This document shows positions 50,386 through 60,813 of a DNA stretch of 64,000 bases, in pieces. The stretch's first letter is position 1. Each line of letters begins with the position of its first letter. Location: contig JBBRRY010000017.1 in NCBI GenBank assembly GCA_038245905.1, positions 7,793 to 71,792 of the forward strand, written 5' to 3'. The DNA comes from Thermoanaerobaculia bacterium (GTDB lineage Bacteria > Acidobacteriota > Thermoanaerobaculia > UBA5066). The position numbers and the translations under genes are program-made. The notes beneath the pieces were generated by a model. That model did not search any database. It was not told the origin of the DNA and saw only the letters and a program-made list of their open reading frames with translations.

Positions 50386-52101
50386 TTACAGGGTCTTGAG
50401 ATCGGCGAGCGCCGAGGCGGTCACGAGGCAGTTCTTTCCGCTGCGCTTCGCCTGATAGAGGGCCTGGTCGGCGCGCTCGACGAGGAGGCGCTTCGTGCCC
50501 GCGTCCTCCGGGAAGCACGAAAGGCCGAGCGAAATCGTCACGCCGAGAGCGTGATCGAGATTCGGTGCGACGAAGAGGCGTCCGGCCACGCGATTGCGGA
50601 GGCGGTCGGCGACGACCCAGGCCTTCGCAGGCGTCGTTTCGGGAAAGATGAGCGCGAATTCCTCTCCGCCGTACCGGGCGACCGTGTCCATCTCACGCAC
50701 GCCCTTGGTCAGCTCCTCGACGAGCCCGCGCAGCACGAGGTCTCCGACGGGGTGTCCCCAGCGATCGTTGATCTTCTTGAAGTCGTCGATGTCGAGCATG
50801 ACGAGGGCGAGCGGCTGACCGCTCCGCTCGTGGCGGGCGAGCTCGCGGGCAAGCGTCTCCTGGAAGTAACGGTGGTTGAACGCCTCGGTCAGAGAGTCGC
50901 GCACCGACATCTGCCGGGTCGTCTCGTAGGCGCGCGCCGACTGGATCGCCGTCACGGCCTGATTCGAGAATATTTCGAGGGCCTGGACGTCCTCGAGTCG
51001 CGGCACGAGTCCGCTCCGCGGCTGGTCGACCTGAAGGACCCCGACGAGCAGGTCGCCGGCGGTGAGCGGAACGAAGAGAAGATCGTTCGGGTGCCAGGCG
51101 CCCACGGCCGTGCTGCGCCGGCGGCGCTCGATGCGGCCGGAGTCGTCGACGAGCGTGCCCACGTCCTTGCGATCGAGGTGGCTCACGAAGTACGACTTCG
51201 AGATCCGGTAGCGTTCGCCGAACCATCGCGCGATCTCCTCGCGCGCAAGTTTTCGGGGCGGTGCCCCTTGCGCCGTGTCGTCGATCCCTACCTGCGCGCG
51301 GCGTTCGAAGACGTTCTCCGCGGGGTCGAATAGGGAGAGCACGACGACCCGGTAGCCGAGGCTGTGATGGACTGCCTGCACGATGCTTTGCACGAGGTGC
51401 TCGAGGGTCAGGTGCGACTTCAGCTCGTTCGAGACTTCGAGGATGCGCTGGAGCATCTCGGCGCGCCCCTGGAGGCGCTCGTTCACGGCCTGCATCTGCC
51501 GCCTGAGGTTTCGGTCCTGAAGGGCGAGGGCCACGTGATCCGACACGACCGAGAGTTCCTGCAAGGTCTGCGGTGTCACGAGCGACGGGTCGTCCGATTC
51601 CGCGATCAGGACGCCCGCGATCAAGGCCGGAGTCTGGAGCGGCAGGAACACCTGATGGGAGAAACGCGGGTTGAGGACGAGATCGCGGTCGGGACCGCTT
51701 GCGACGCGCGGCGTGGGCGAGGCCGGAAGGAACGGTGACTCGAGATCCTTCTGCGAGGCGAGCCAGTCGAGGAACGGCCGCCGCTCGAGAGTCACGTCGC
51801 CGCCGAACGACACGAGCGCCTGGCCATCCGGGTCCTCTTCGTAGGACACGGCCGCGAGGGCGCGGATGGGGAGCGCCTGGCGGAGCGCGTCGAAGAGTCG
51901 CGCGAAGATCTCTTCTCCGGCCGCGACACTCGAGACGATGGCGGTGAGCTCGCGGAGCGTCGCAAGCTCGCGGTTCTTGCGGGACAGCTCGGTGGTGCCG
52001 GAACGGGCCTGCGCGAGCTTTCGGGTGACGACGACGACCGTGACGAGGAGTCCCAGCGCGACGGACGCGATCAGGGCGGGCGGGAGATCGAGGCTCCACA
52101 T
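50386..52101 (-). CDS. membrane-anchored GAF-GAF-GGDEF diguanylate cyclase
   Basis: N-terminal TM helix, two GAF-like regions, GGEEF motif with upstream DIDDFKKIND. Confidence 0.8.
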   Translation of the reverse strand: MWSLDLPPALIASVALGLLVTVVVVTRKLAQARSGTTELSRKNRELATLRELTAIVSSVAAGEEIFARLFDALRQALPIRALAAVSYEEDPDGQALVSFGGDVTLERRPFLDWLASQKDLESPFLPASPTPRVASGPDRDLVLNPRFSHQVFLPLQTPALIAGVLIAESDDPSLVTPQTLQELSVVSDHVALALQDRNLRRQMQAVNERLQGRAEMLQRILEVSNELKSHLTLEHLVQSIVQAVHHSLGYRVVVLSLFDPAENVFERRAQVGIDDTAQGAPPRKLAREEIARWFGERYRISKSYFVSHLDRKDVGTLVDDSGRIERRRRSTAVGAWHPNDLLFVPLTAGDLLVGVLQVDQPRSGLVPRLEDVQALEIFSNQAVTAIQSARAYETTRQMSVRDSLTEAFNHRYFQETLARELARHERSGQPLALVMLDIDDFKKINDRWGHPVGDLVLRGLVEELTKGVREMDTVARYGGEEFALIFPETTPAKAWVVADRLRNRVAGRLFVAPNLDHALGVTISLGLSCFPEDAGTKRLLVERADQALYQAKRSGKNCLVTASALADLKTL

Positions 52102-53498
52102 CACTTGAAGGTGATGATGCCGCTCTTGTGAAGCTTGTGAAAGATGCGCGTGACCTCGGCTTCGGGGAAGGGCGAGATGCGGGCGATCGAGCGCACGTCC
52201 CAGATCCCGTTGATGCGCGACACGATAAAGGCCTCGGGGGGCGTGAACGGGAAGTTCATGAGCTCTTCCATGGGTTTGCCCAGGACAGGAATGGACCCGG
52301 CGGGGATTTTGGGCAGGGGCTCGGAAGGGGGGGGCGGCGCGGCGGGGCCGGGGGAGGCTGCCGGCGCGGGGGAGGGAGGCGGCGAAGCGGGCACGCGCGC
52401 GGCCGGAGGCGCGGCGGCCGGGGAAGGTCCCGCGGTCGCGACGGTCTTGGCGGCCTTGGCGGCGGGCGGAGGCTTGACGGCCGGCACCGGCGCGGGCGGC
52501 GCCTGGGTCTTTGCGGCCTGGTCGATCTTTGCGTTGGGCAGTGTGTCCGCGCTGTCGGCGGGCCGCGGAGCCGGACGCCTCGATAGGGAGGCCCCGGAAT
52601 CGCGCTTCAGAAACTGGTTGAAGTGGGTCGGGACCGGTGTGCGGGGCCCCGGGGGGGCGAGCCGGAATTCGTCCCCGGGCACGGCGGTATGGGCACTCTC
52701 GGGAATCGAGTGCAGATCGCCCGACATCAGCGGGTCGAACGAGGACGAATCCTCCTCGATCGGCTCGATCTCGGCGAACACGGACTCGGTGGGCGCCTCC
52801 TCGCGTTCGCCCACGATCATCACGTGGCCCGTGAGCATGAGGTCGTAGATCAGCTTGGCGACGTGGAAGTCCGGATTGTGGGTCTCGAGTGCGATCTGAT
52901 CGATCGCGCGCCGGCCGTTCGTCGCGCCGAGGATCATCTTGTCGCGCTCGGGGAGCTCTTCCTCGACCGGCATCACGACCACGGGAATGACGCGCATCGT
53001 GGGGATACGGGTTTTGATGCGTTGCCACTCGTCGTAACGGCGGAGGCCCTCCATCACGATGCCCGTGACGTCGGAGGAGATCGGGACCATGGGAAGGCTC
53101 GGGATCTCGCCGTCGATGAACGCGAAGGAGCCTTCGGTCCACAGGAAAATGTCGTAGATCGTCTCGGCGGCCTTCAGGCGGACGAGGTCCGCGAGCTCCT
53201 CTTCCTTGATGGCGCCGATCATGACGAGAATCTTGCCGAGGAGGATGCGAGATTCCTGCTGGACCTCCAGCGCGCGGATGAGCTCTTCCTCGGTAATGAA
53301 CCCGAAACCAACGAGAAAGCGGCCGAGGTGCTCGCGCTCGAGCGTGGACGAGGAGGACGTGACCCGGCCGTTGTTGAAGTAGATGCGCTTCTCGCCGGGC
53401 GCACCGCGCACGACGAGCGTTCCGGTCTTGAGGCCCGTCGAGAGCCACTGGAGCAGCTCCGACAACTGCATCGTGCGCAGATTTCCTGCGATGGCCAT
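52101..53498 (-). CDS. DUF4388-domain protein with P/A-rich linker; stop overlaps start of downstream GGDEF gene (TGATG)
   Basis: N-terminal DUF4388-like (GNLRTMQLSELLQWL..G.IYF..G); ~80-residue P/A/K low-complexity region. Confidence 0.65.
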   Translation of the reverse strand: MAIAGNLRTMQLSELLQWLSTGLKTGTLVVRGAPGEKRIYFNNGRVTSSSSTLEREHLGRFLVGFGFITEEELIRALEVQQESRILLGKILVMIGAIKEEELADLVRLKAAETIYDIFLWTEGSFAFIDGEIPSLPMVPISSDVTGIVMEGLRRYDEWQRIKTRIPTMRVIPVVVMPVEEELPERDKMILGATNGRRAIDQIALETHNPDFHVAKLIYDLMLTGHVMIVGEREEAPTESVFAEIEPIEEDSSSFDPLMSGDLHSIPESAHTAVPGDEFRLAPPGPRTPVPTHFNQFLKRDSGASLSRRPAPRPADSADTLPNAKIDQAAKTQAPPAPVPAVKPPPAAKAAKTVATAGPSPAAAPPAARVPASPPPSPAPAASPGPAAPPPPSEPLPKIPAGSIPVLGKPMEELMNFPFTPPEAFIVSRINGIWDVRSIARISPFPEAEVTRIFHKLHKSGIITFK

Positions 53499-53539
53499 GC
53501 GGGGCGATTGTAACCCGTAAGCACCTGACGGGAGCGGAT

Positions 53540-54727
53540 TTACTCCATCGGAGGGTTGTACGAGGGGATCCCCGTCACGGCCTGCCCGAGCACGAGCGTG
53601 TGGATGTCGTGCGTGCCTTCGTATGTGAAGACCGACTCGATGTTCGCGAGATGCCGGAAGACGGGGTACTCGCCCGCAATGCCGTTCGCGCCGAGGATCT
53701 CGCGCGCGAGCTTCGCGCACTCGCGCGCGACCCACACGTTGTTCCGTTTCACCATGGACACGTGCTCGGGCTTCATCGTGCCGGCGTCCTTCATCCGCCC
53801 GAGCCGGAGCGCGAGGAGCTGGCCCTTCGTGATCTCCGTGATCATGAACGCGAACTTTGCCTGCACGAGCTGGTGCGACGCGATGGGGCGGTCTTTAAAC
53901 TGCTTGCGGCTCTTCGCGTAGTCGAGGGCGCACGTATACGTGGCCATCGCCGAGCCGAGGGCGCCCCACGAGATGCCGTACCGCGCCTGCGTCAGGCATG
54001 AGAGCGGGCCCTTCAGCCCTTCGACGCCCGGCAGGACGCTTGCCGCCGGCACGCGCACGTCCTCGAAGGCGAGCTGCGACGTGACCGAGGCGCGGAGGGA
54101 CATCTTCATCCGGTGCTCGGGCGCGGTGAACCCCTTCATGCCCTTCTCGACGAGGAACCCTCTCACGGGACCGTTCAGGTCGCCGACCTTCGCCCAGACG
54201 ACGGCGACGTCCGCAATCGAGCCGTTCGTGATCCAGGCTTTCGCGCCGTTCAGGATCCAGTCGTTCCCGTCCTTCTTCGCGACGGTGCGCATACCGGCGG
54301 GGTTCGAGCCGAAGTCCGGCTCCGTCAGGCCGAAACAGCCGATCTTCTCGCCCCTCGAGAGAGCCGGAATCCAGCGGTCCTTCTGCTCCTTCGAGCCATA
54401 CGTGAAGATCGGGTACATCACGAGCGACGACTGGACGGACACGAATGAACGCAGGCCGGAATCGCCGCGCTCGAGCTCTTCCGTGATGAGCCCGTATGCG
54501 ACGTTGTTCAGGCCCGGCAGGCCGTACTCCGAGATCGTGGAACCGAAGAGGTTCAGCGCGGCCATCTTCGGGATCAGCTCTTTCGGGAACCGCCCCTCGT
54601 AGGCGCACGCTTCGATGATGGGAAGGATGTACTCATCCACGAAGCTGCGCACGAGGTCGCGCACGGCTCGCTCGTCGTCCGAGAGCATGTCTTCGATGCC
54701 CAGAAAGTCGACTCCTGAAAAGCTCAC
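53540..54727 (-). CDS. gcdH: glutaryl-CoA dehydrogenase (acyl-CoA dehydrogenase family)
   Basis: 395 aa ACAD fold, GcdH-like. Confidence 0.85.
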   Translation of the reverse strand: MSFSGVDFLGIEDMLSDDERAVRDLVRSFVDEYILPIIEACAYEGRFPKELIPKMAALNLFGSTISEYGLPGLNNVAYGLITEELERGDSGLRSFVSVQSSLVMYPIFTYGSKEQKDRWIPALSRGEKIGCFGLTEPDFGSNPAGMRTVAKKDGNDWILNGAKAWITNGSIADVAVVWAKVGDLNGPVRGFLVEKGMKGFTAPEHRMKMSLRASVTSQLAFEDVRVPAASVLPGVEGLKGPLSCLTQARYGISWGALGSAMATYTCALDYAKSRKQFKDRPIASHQLVQAKFAFMITEITKGQLLALRLGRMKDAGTMKPEHVSMVKRNNVWVARECAKLAREILGANGIAGEYPVFRHLANIESVFTYEGTHDIHTLVLGQAVTGIPSYNPPME

Positions 54728-54777
54728 GGTTCCTCCAGCGGCCGAAGAGTATCGGCTCCCGGTGCTAATGTCTCCTC

Positions 54778-55035
54778 ATGGCGAATCCTGCGTGGAAGGT
54801 GGCGGCGGACGTGGCGGAGGGTTACGTCTCGCTCAACCCGGTTGTCTTGAAGAAGTACGAGAAGCACGAGGTGGACGTGCTTCTCAAGGAGCTCGAGAAG
54901 CTCACGCGGGACACGCGCTCACAGGTCGTGCCCCAGGACGACGCAGAGGCTAGCGCGACCCGAAGCCGCAGGCTGCTTCGACTCTCGCAGGCGAACGTCG
55001 TCCTTCAGAGCTGGCGAATGAGGATGCTGAAGTGA
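54778..55035 (+). CDS. small hypothetical protein (85 aa) whose stop overlaps asnS start
   Basis: ORF with plausible coding composition; TGATG coupling to asnS. Confidence 0.35.
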   Translation: MANPAWKVAADVAEGYVSLNPVVLKKYEKHEVDVLLKELEKLTRDTRSQVVPQDDAEASATRSRRLLRLSQANVVLQSWRMRMLK

Positions 55036-56321
55036 TGATTTCGGAGCTGCCCGGCCACGTGGGCGAGACCGTCCGCCTCAAGGGGTGGCTCTACAACTGG
55101 CGCAAGGGCGGGAAGATCTGGTTCCTCGTGCTGCGCGACGGCAGCGGATATCTCCAATGCGTCGTCTCGAAGGCGGATGTCGCGGAGGCCGTCTGGGAGG
55201 CCGCGACGAGCGCGACCCAGGAGTCCACGCTCGAAGTGACCGGCGTCGTGAAGTCAGACGCGCGCTCGGTAGGCGGCGTCGAGCTGGGCGTCGCGGACGT
55301 AAAGATCCTCGACCTCTGCCACGACTGGCCGATCACGCCGAAGGAGCATGGCGTCGACTTCCTCATGTCGCAGCGCCACCTCTGGCTGCGCTCGTCGAGG
55401 CAGGTCGCCGTCCTCAAGGTTCGGAGCGAAGTCGAGAGCGCGATCCACGACTTTTTCTATTCGCGCGGTTTCACGCGCCTCGATTCGCCCATCCTGACGC
55501 CGGCGGCGTGCGAGGGCACGTCGAACCTGTTCGAAACGCAGTACACGGAGGACGAGAAGGCCTATCTTTCGCAATCCGGCCAGCTCTACCTCGAGCCCGC
55601 GGCCGCCGCGCTCGGGAAGGTCTACTGCTTCGGGCCGACGTTCCGGGCCGAGAAGTCCAAGACGCGCCGGCACCTGCGCGAGTTCTGGATGGTCGAGCCC
55701 GAGGTCGCTTTTCTCGAGATCGAAGGGCTGATGGACCTCGCCGAGGAGTTCGTCAAGGAGCTCACGGCCCGCGTTCTCGACCGCCGGAAGGAAGATCTCA
55801 AGCGGCTCGAGCGCGACGTCGCGAAGCTCGAGGTCGTCACGGCGAAGAAGTTTCCGCGTATCTCCTATCGCGAGGCGGTCGAGATCCTCCAGAAGAAGGG
55901 CTTCCCGGTGAAGTTCGGTGACGACCTCGGCGGAGACGAAGAGACCGCGCTCACCGAGGGTTTCGACACACCGGTCATGGTCACGCGCTACCCGACGTCC
56001 ATCAAGGCGTTCTACATGCAGCCCGATCCGGAGGATCCCGAGGTCGTGCTCGGGCTCGACATGCTCGCGCCCGAGGGCTACGGCGAGATCATCGGCGGGT
56101 CGCAGCGCATCCATGACCACGATCTCCTGCTCTCGCGCATCCAGCAGCACAACCTGCCGCTCGAGGCCTTCCAGTGGTACCTCGACGTCCGGAAGTACGG
56201 CACCTTCCCGCACTCGGGCTTCGGCATGGGCCTCGAGCGCTTCGTCGCCTGGATGTGCGGCGTCCCGCACCTCCGTGAGTGCATCCCGTACCCGCGGATG
56301 CTGTACCGGATCTACCCGTAG
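55035..56321 (+). CDS. asnS: asparaginyl-tRNA synthetase
   Basis: class-II motifs; [21 protein letters not shown] is AsnRS-type. Confidence 0.82.
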   Translation: MISELPGHVGETVRLKGWLYNWRKGGKIWFLVLRDGSGYLQCVVSKADVAEAVWEAATSATQESTLEVTGVVKSDARSVGGVELGVADVKILDLCHDWPITPKEHGVDFLMSQRHLWLRSSRQVAVLKVRSEVESAIHDFFYSRGFTRLDSPILTPAACEGTSNLFETQYTEDEKAYLSQSGQLYLEPAAAALGKVYCFGPTFRAEKSKTRRHLREFWMVEPEVAFLEIEGLMDLAEEFVKELTARVLDRRKEDLKRLERDVAKLEVVTAKKFPRISYREAVEILQKKGFPVKFGDDLGGDEETALTEGFDTPVMVTRYPTSIKAFYMQPDPEDPEVVLGLDMLAPEGYGEIIGGSQRIHDHDLLLSRIQQHNLPLEAFQWYLDVRKYGTFPHSGFGMGLERFVAWMCGVPHLRECIPYPRMLYRIYP

Positions 56322-56343
56322 TCGGGCGAGGACCGGCAGGACC

Positions 56344-58392
56344 TCAGGCGCGGTCGAGAGCCGCGCGGACCCGGCCCGCGACCTGCGCGGGTGCGAAGGG
56401 CTTTTCGAGGAAGTCCGTCCCCGGCTCGAGGACGCCGTGGCGCCCGATCGCGTCGTCCGTGTAGCCGGACATGAACAGAACGCGCGCCTCCGGGTATCGG
56501 GCGGTGATGCGTCCGGCCAGCTCCCGGCCGTTCATCCCTGGCATTACGACGTCGGTGAGGAGGAGATGCACGGGCCCTCGGTGCGCGCGAGCCACGTCGA
56601 GCGCCTCCTCGCCGGAGGCGGCGTCGAGCACGGCATATCCGTTCGCCTCGAGCGCCGTGCGCACGAGCTTCCGAACGCTAGCCTCGTCCTCTACGACGAG
56701 GACCGTCTCGCCTCCCCGCCGTGCCATGGCCGGATGCGGAACCGGCTCGTCCGGAGACTCCGCGACGGCCGGAAGCAGGATCTCGAACGTCGTGCCGCTG
56801 CCCACGACGCTGTCGGCCCAGATGAAGCCGTCGCTCTGCTTGACTATTCCATACGTCGTCGCGAGGCCGAGGCCGGTTCCCTTGCCGCGCTCCTTCGTCG
56901 TGAAAAACGGCTCGAAAAGGCGGGCGTGCACCTCGCACGTCATCCCAGCGCCCGTGTCGGAGACCGAGAGACTGGCGTAGAGGCCGGGGCGCAGTCCGGG
57001 CCTGATGGCGGCGGACGCCTCGTCCATCGTCTTGACGGCGGTCGCGAGGGTCAGCGTGCCGCCGCCCGGCATCGCGTCGCGGGCATTCACCGCGAGGTTC
57101 ATGAGCACCTGCTCGAGCTGCCCGCGGTCGGCTCGCACGCAGGGGACGGTCGGGCCGAGCCGGAGGACGAGCCGGACGTCCTCGCCGATCACGCGTCCGA
57201 GCAGGCTCTGTGCCTCGCGCGCGACCTCGTTCAGGTCGAGGACGGCGGGCCGGAGCACCTGCTTGCGACTGAAGGCAAGGAGCTGCTTCGTGAGCGCCGC
57301 GGCTCGATCCGCGGCTCGCCGGATCTCGTTCAGATGCGCCCGGGACTCGTCCTCGACGAGGCTTTCGTGGAGCAGATCGGCGTATCCGATGATCGCGGTC
57401 AGCAGGTTGTTGAAGTCGTGGGCGACCCCGCCGGCGAGCCGTCCGATTGCATCCATTTTCTGGGACTGCAGGAGCTGCTCTTTCAGGATCTCCTTCTCCT
57501 CCTCCGAAGCCCGGTGCAACGCGTCGGCGGCGAGGCGGCCGTCGTCCGAGCGGCGGAGGGCCGCGGCCGTCCAGAGCACGAGGCCCGTCGCGACGGCGCT
57601 GACGGCAAACGCGAAAAGCGCCGTGCCGAGCTCAGGATCCCAGGCGCGGCGGCGCTGCTCGGCGATCTGAATCCAGCCAAGGACGGGGGGGAGCACGAAT
57701 GCGGGCGGGATGAGCCGGCGCGCGAGGGCCGCACCGAGGTCGGTCCGGACCCAGAAGGAGGCGGGCGGGACGTCCGCCCGCAGCGCGAGGATGCCCGCCG
57801 AGAGCCCAAGGAGTCCGATACTCGTCTGCGGCGCGATCACGTTGAACGGGCCGAATGTCAGAAACTCATCCGCGCCGAGGGCCAGGCCGACAAGCGACTC
57901 CATCGCGATAAGCGTGGCCCCGAACGCGACGAGCGGAGTGAGCCAGCGGCTCGCCCGGCCGCGCAAGTGGAGCCCGGCGAGTGAGACCGCGAGCAGGAAA
58001 AGGGCCCCAGCGGTCACCGGCGACATTCGGCCGGGCGCGAGCGTCTGGGGCGCGGGAGAGAGGGCGTCGCGCACGAGGAGCTCGTCGATGCCGAAGCTCC
58101 GGCCGACGACGTCCTGCGCGACCGTCGCGAGAGCGAGCAGCGCGACACCGGTGCCGAGGACCATGGTCATCCTCGACCGCCCGTCGGACCGCGCGGCGAG
58201 GGCGAGCCCGGCTCCGAGCAAGGCGAGCGCGACCGCGGTATTCGCCTTCATGGGAAGGGCCGCGTCGATCGGGGCGCTCAGCGAGGAGGCGCCCAGCAGC
58301 CAGCCGGCGAGCGTCAGGACGCCGAGGCCGGCGGAGCCGGCGGCGACCACGGTCGAGAACGTCGAGAAGGGTGAGAGGCTCCGCTCTCCCAT
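56344..58392 (-). CDS. hybrid sensor histidine kinase/response regulator with multi-TM N-terminal sensor
   Basis: HisKA (GGVAHDFNNLL), HATPase_c, C-terminal receiver; start taken at internal ATG. Confidence 0.85.
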   Translation of the reverse strand: MGERSLSPFSTFSTVVAAGSAGLGVLTLAGWLLGASSLSAPIDAALPMKANTAVALALLGAGLALAARSDGRSRMTMVLGTGVALLALATVAQDVVGRSFGIDELLVRDALSPAPQTLAPGRMSPVTAGALFLLAVSLAGLHLRGRASRWLTPLVAFGATLIAMESLVGLALGADEFLTFGPFNVIAPQTSIGLLGLSAGILALRADVPPASFWVRTDLGAALARRLIPPAFVLPPVLGWIQIAEQRRRAWDPELGTALFAFAVSAVATGLVLWTAAALRRSDDGRLAADALHRASEEEKEILKEQLLQSQKMDAIGRLAGGVAHDFNNLLTAIIGYADLLHESLVEDESRAHLNEIRRAADRAAALTKQLLAFSRKQVLRPAVLDLNEVAREAQSLLGRVIGEDVRLVLRLGPTVPCVRADRGQLEQVLMNLAVNARDAMPGGGTLTLATAVKTMDEASAAIRPGLRPGLYASLSVSDTGAGMTCEVHARLFEPFFTTKERGKGTGLGLATTYGIVKQSDGFIWADSVVGSGTTFEILLPAVAESPDEPVPHPAMARRGGETVLVVEDEASVRKLVRTALEANGYAVLDAASGEEALDVARAHRGPVHLLLTDVVMPGMNGRELAGRITARYPEARVLFMSGYTDDAIGRHGVLEPGTDFLEKPFAPAQVAGRVRAALDRA

Positions 58393-58477
58393 TGGAGGCA
58401 GTGTACCGCCGGCGCGGTACAATAAGACTTGTTAGCGCCTGCCGCTCAAGCGCCGACCGGGTTCCGGCTCGCCTTCC

Positions 58478-59857
58478 ATGAAACAACCAGCTTCTCTCCC
58501 GTCCGTCGGCATCGTGTCGCTCGGATGCCCCAAGAACCTCGTCGACACCGAGGTGATGCTCGGCCATCTCCAGCGCGAGGGCATGACGCTGGCCGACCCC
58601 GAGAAATCGCGCGTCGTCATCGTGAACACCTGCGGCTTCATCGACGCGGCCAAGGAGGAGTCCGTCGGCGCAATCCTCCGCGAGGTGGCGCGCAAGGAAG
58701 CCGGGGAGATCGACCGCGTCGTCGTCGCCGGCTGCATGGTGCAGAAGTACGGCCGGGAGCTCGCGGCCGAGATCCCCGAGGTGGACCACTTCATCGGCCT
58801 CGACGAGCTGGAGAAGGCGCCCGCGGCGGCCCTCGGCCTCCCGTCGCTCCCGCGTTTCAGCGACAAACCCCTCGCGACCCGGCTCTACGACGACCTCTCT
58901 CCGCGCGTCCTCACACACCGTAAGGGCTACGCCTATCTGAAGGTCGCCGAGGGCTGCAACAACCCATGCACGTTCTGCACGATTCCGCAGATGCGCGGCC
59001 TCATGCGCTCGCGCACGATCGCGTCGCTCGTGAAAGAAGCGCAGAGCCTCGAGGCGCAGGGCGTCCGGGAGCTCGTCCTGATCTCGCAGGACACGACCCG
59101 CTACGGCGAGGACCTCGGACTCGGCCGGACGGGCCTCGCCGATCTCGTGAAGGCGCTTCTTGCCGAGACGGGCTTCCCCTGGGTGCGCTTCCTGTACGCC
59201 TACCCGAAGACGCTCCACCGGGGCGTCTTCCAGCTCATGGCGAGAGAGCCGCGTTTCGTCCCGTACGTCGACATGCCGCTCCAGCATGTCTCCCGGAAGA
59301 TCCTCACGAAGATGAAGAGGGGAGGCGACGGCGCGAGCTATCTGAAGCAATTCGAAGAAATCCGAAAACTCGTCCCCGAGATTTCCCTCCGCTCGACCTT
59401 CATCGTGGGCTTCCCGGGCGAAGAGGAGAAGGATTTCATAGAAGTGGAAGAGTTTCTCAAGGCCGTCCGCTTCGACAACGCGGGAGTCTTCACGTACTCC
59501 CCCGAACCGGGATCCGGTGCGGAATCGCTCGGGGACCCTCTTCCACTCGAAGAAAAATCTTCACGCCGCGACCGTTTGATGGAGGTCCAGCAGAAGATCT
59601 CTCTATCGAAGAACCGCGCGAAGCGCGGCAAGATCTTCGACGCCCTGCTCGAAGGCCCCAGCGAGGAAACGGAGATGCTCCTCGAGGCGCGCCTCGCCGG
59701 GCAGGCCCCCGAGATCGACGGGCGCGTGCTGATCAACGACGTCCCCTCCGGCTGGGCGCCGCGCGTCGGCGAGATCGTGCGTGTGAAGATCACCGAGGCG
59801 CACGCCTACGACCTCGTCGGGCGGGTCGTAGCGCCCGTCGCTTCCACCGTCGCTTAA
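58478..59857 (+). CDS. rimO: ribosomal protein S12 methylthiotransferase RimO (radical SAM, MiaB-like)
   Basis: N-terminal 3-Cys, CxxxCxxC radical SAM, TRAM. Confidence 0.88.
   Translation: MKQPASLPSVGIVSLGCPKNLVDTEVMLGHLQREGMTLADPEKSRVVIVNTCGFIDAAKEESVGAILREVARKEAGEIDRVVVAGCMVQKYGRELAAEIPEVDHFIGLDELEKAPAAALGLPSLPRFSDKPLATRLYDDLSPRVLTHRKGYAYLKVAEGCNNPCTFCTIPQMRGLMRSRTIASLVKEAQSLEAQGVRELVLISQDTTRYGEDLGLGRTGLADLVKALLAETGFPWVRFLYAYPKTLHRGVFQLMAREPRFVPYVDMPLQHVSRKILTKMKRGGDGASYLKQFEEIRKLVPEISLRSTFIVGFPGEEEKDFIEVEEFLKAVRFDNAGVFTYSPEPGSGAESLGDPLPLEEKSSRRDRLMEVQQKISLSKNRAKRGKIFDALLEGPSEETEMLLEARLAGQAPEIDGRVLINDVPSGWAPRVGEIVRVKITEAHAYDLVGRVVAPVASTVA
59419..59458 (-). repeat. element (GAGGAGAAGGATTTCATAGAAGTGGAAGAGTTTCTC), in rimO
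   Basis: variant core TTCATAGAA; uses rare ATA/GAA/TTT codons at natively conserved EEDF..FL residues. Confidence 0.45.
59518..59560 (+). repeat. element (CCCTCTTCCACTCGAAGAAAAATCTTCACG), in rimO
   Basis: variant core TCGAAGAAA. Confidence 0.5.
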
Positions 59858-59859
59858 GA

Positions 59860-60813
59860 TCCGTCCGCTTGCAGGTCGTCAAGGATCCCTTTCGCGCCGT
59901 CGACCTTCCGCGAGGCGGCGTCGTCACCGTCGGAAACTTCGACGGCGTACATCGCGGTCATCAGGCGATGCTGAAGGCCGTCTCGGCCCGCGCCCGGGAG
60001 CTCGGCGCGCCGAGCGTCGTCGTGAGCTTCGACCCGCATCCGCTGAAGGTTCTGCACCCCGAGCGCGCCCCGAAGATGATCCAGACGCTCAGGCAGCGCG
60101 AGGAGGCGATCGAGGCCTCGGGTATCGACGCGCTCGTCCTCGTGCCCTTCACACGGGACTTCTCTCTGATGCCCGCCGAGGCCTTCATCAAGGAGCTCCT
60201 CGTGAAGCGGCTCGCGGTGCTCGAAGTGCACGTGGGCGCGCGTTTCATTTTTGGAAGAGACCGCCTCGGATCCCTGGACCTCCTCCGCGCGGCCGGCGAG
60301 GCCGCGGGATTCCGCGTGGCCGGTCTCGCGGACGTGAGCGACCCGGGCGGCGCCATTTCGTCGACGCGCATCCGAAACGCCCTCCTCGAGGGAGACGCCG
60401 CGACGGCGCGGGAGCTGCTCGGGCGTCCCTACGCGATGGACGGAATCATCGCGAAGGGGGACCGGATGGGCCGCAAGATCGGATTTCCGACGATGAATCT
60501 CAAGCCCGACAACGAGCTCTATCCGAAGGACGGTGTCTACTTCACCTCCGTCCGGATCGCGTCGTTCGAGCGGACCTTTGCCTGCGTGACGAACATCGGG
60601 TGCCGGCCCACGGTGTACGAGGACTACGCGACGACCATCGAGTCGTACATTCTCGATTTTTCGTCGGACGTCTATGGCGAGCGCGTGCGTTTGTCGTTCT
60701 ACGGCCGCGTTCGTGACGAGCAGACGTTTCCGTCCATGCTCGACCTCACGGCCCAGATCCGGCGGGACGTGGACGCGACGCGCCTCTATTTTCTAGGGAA
60801 TCCGCTGCCATGA
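59860..60813 (+). CDS. ribF: bifunctional riboflavin kinase / FMN adenylyltransferase
   Basis: GNFDGVHRGH, PTMN motifs; TTG start inferred. Confidence 0.82.
   Translation, partial: SVRLQVVKDPFRAVDLPRGGVVTVGNFDGVHRGHQAMLKAVSARARELGAPSVVVSFDPHPLKVLHPERAPKMIQTLRQREEAIEASGIDALVLVPFTRDFSLMPAEAFIKELLVKRLAVLEVHVGARFIFGRDRLGSLDLLRAAGEAAGFRVAGLADVSDPGGAISSTRIRNALLEGDAATARELLGRPYAMDGIIAKGDRMGRKIGFPTMNLKPDNELYPKDGVYFTSVRIASFERTFACVTNIGCRPTVYEDYATTIESYILDFSSDVYGERVRLSFYGRVRDEQTFPSMLDLTAQIRRDVDATRLYFLGNPLP

Noticed and set aside
58403-58420. Hairpin GTACCGC-CGGC-GCGGTAC in the HK/rimO divergent region
   Set aside because: A short GC palindrome of a kind frequent in GC-rich DNA. It overlaps the possible TTG-extended N-terminus of the kinase, and there is no supporting context.
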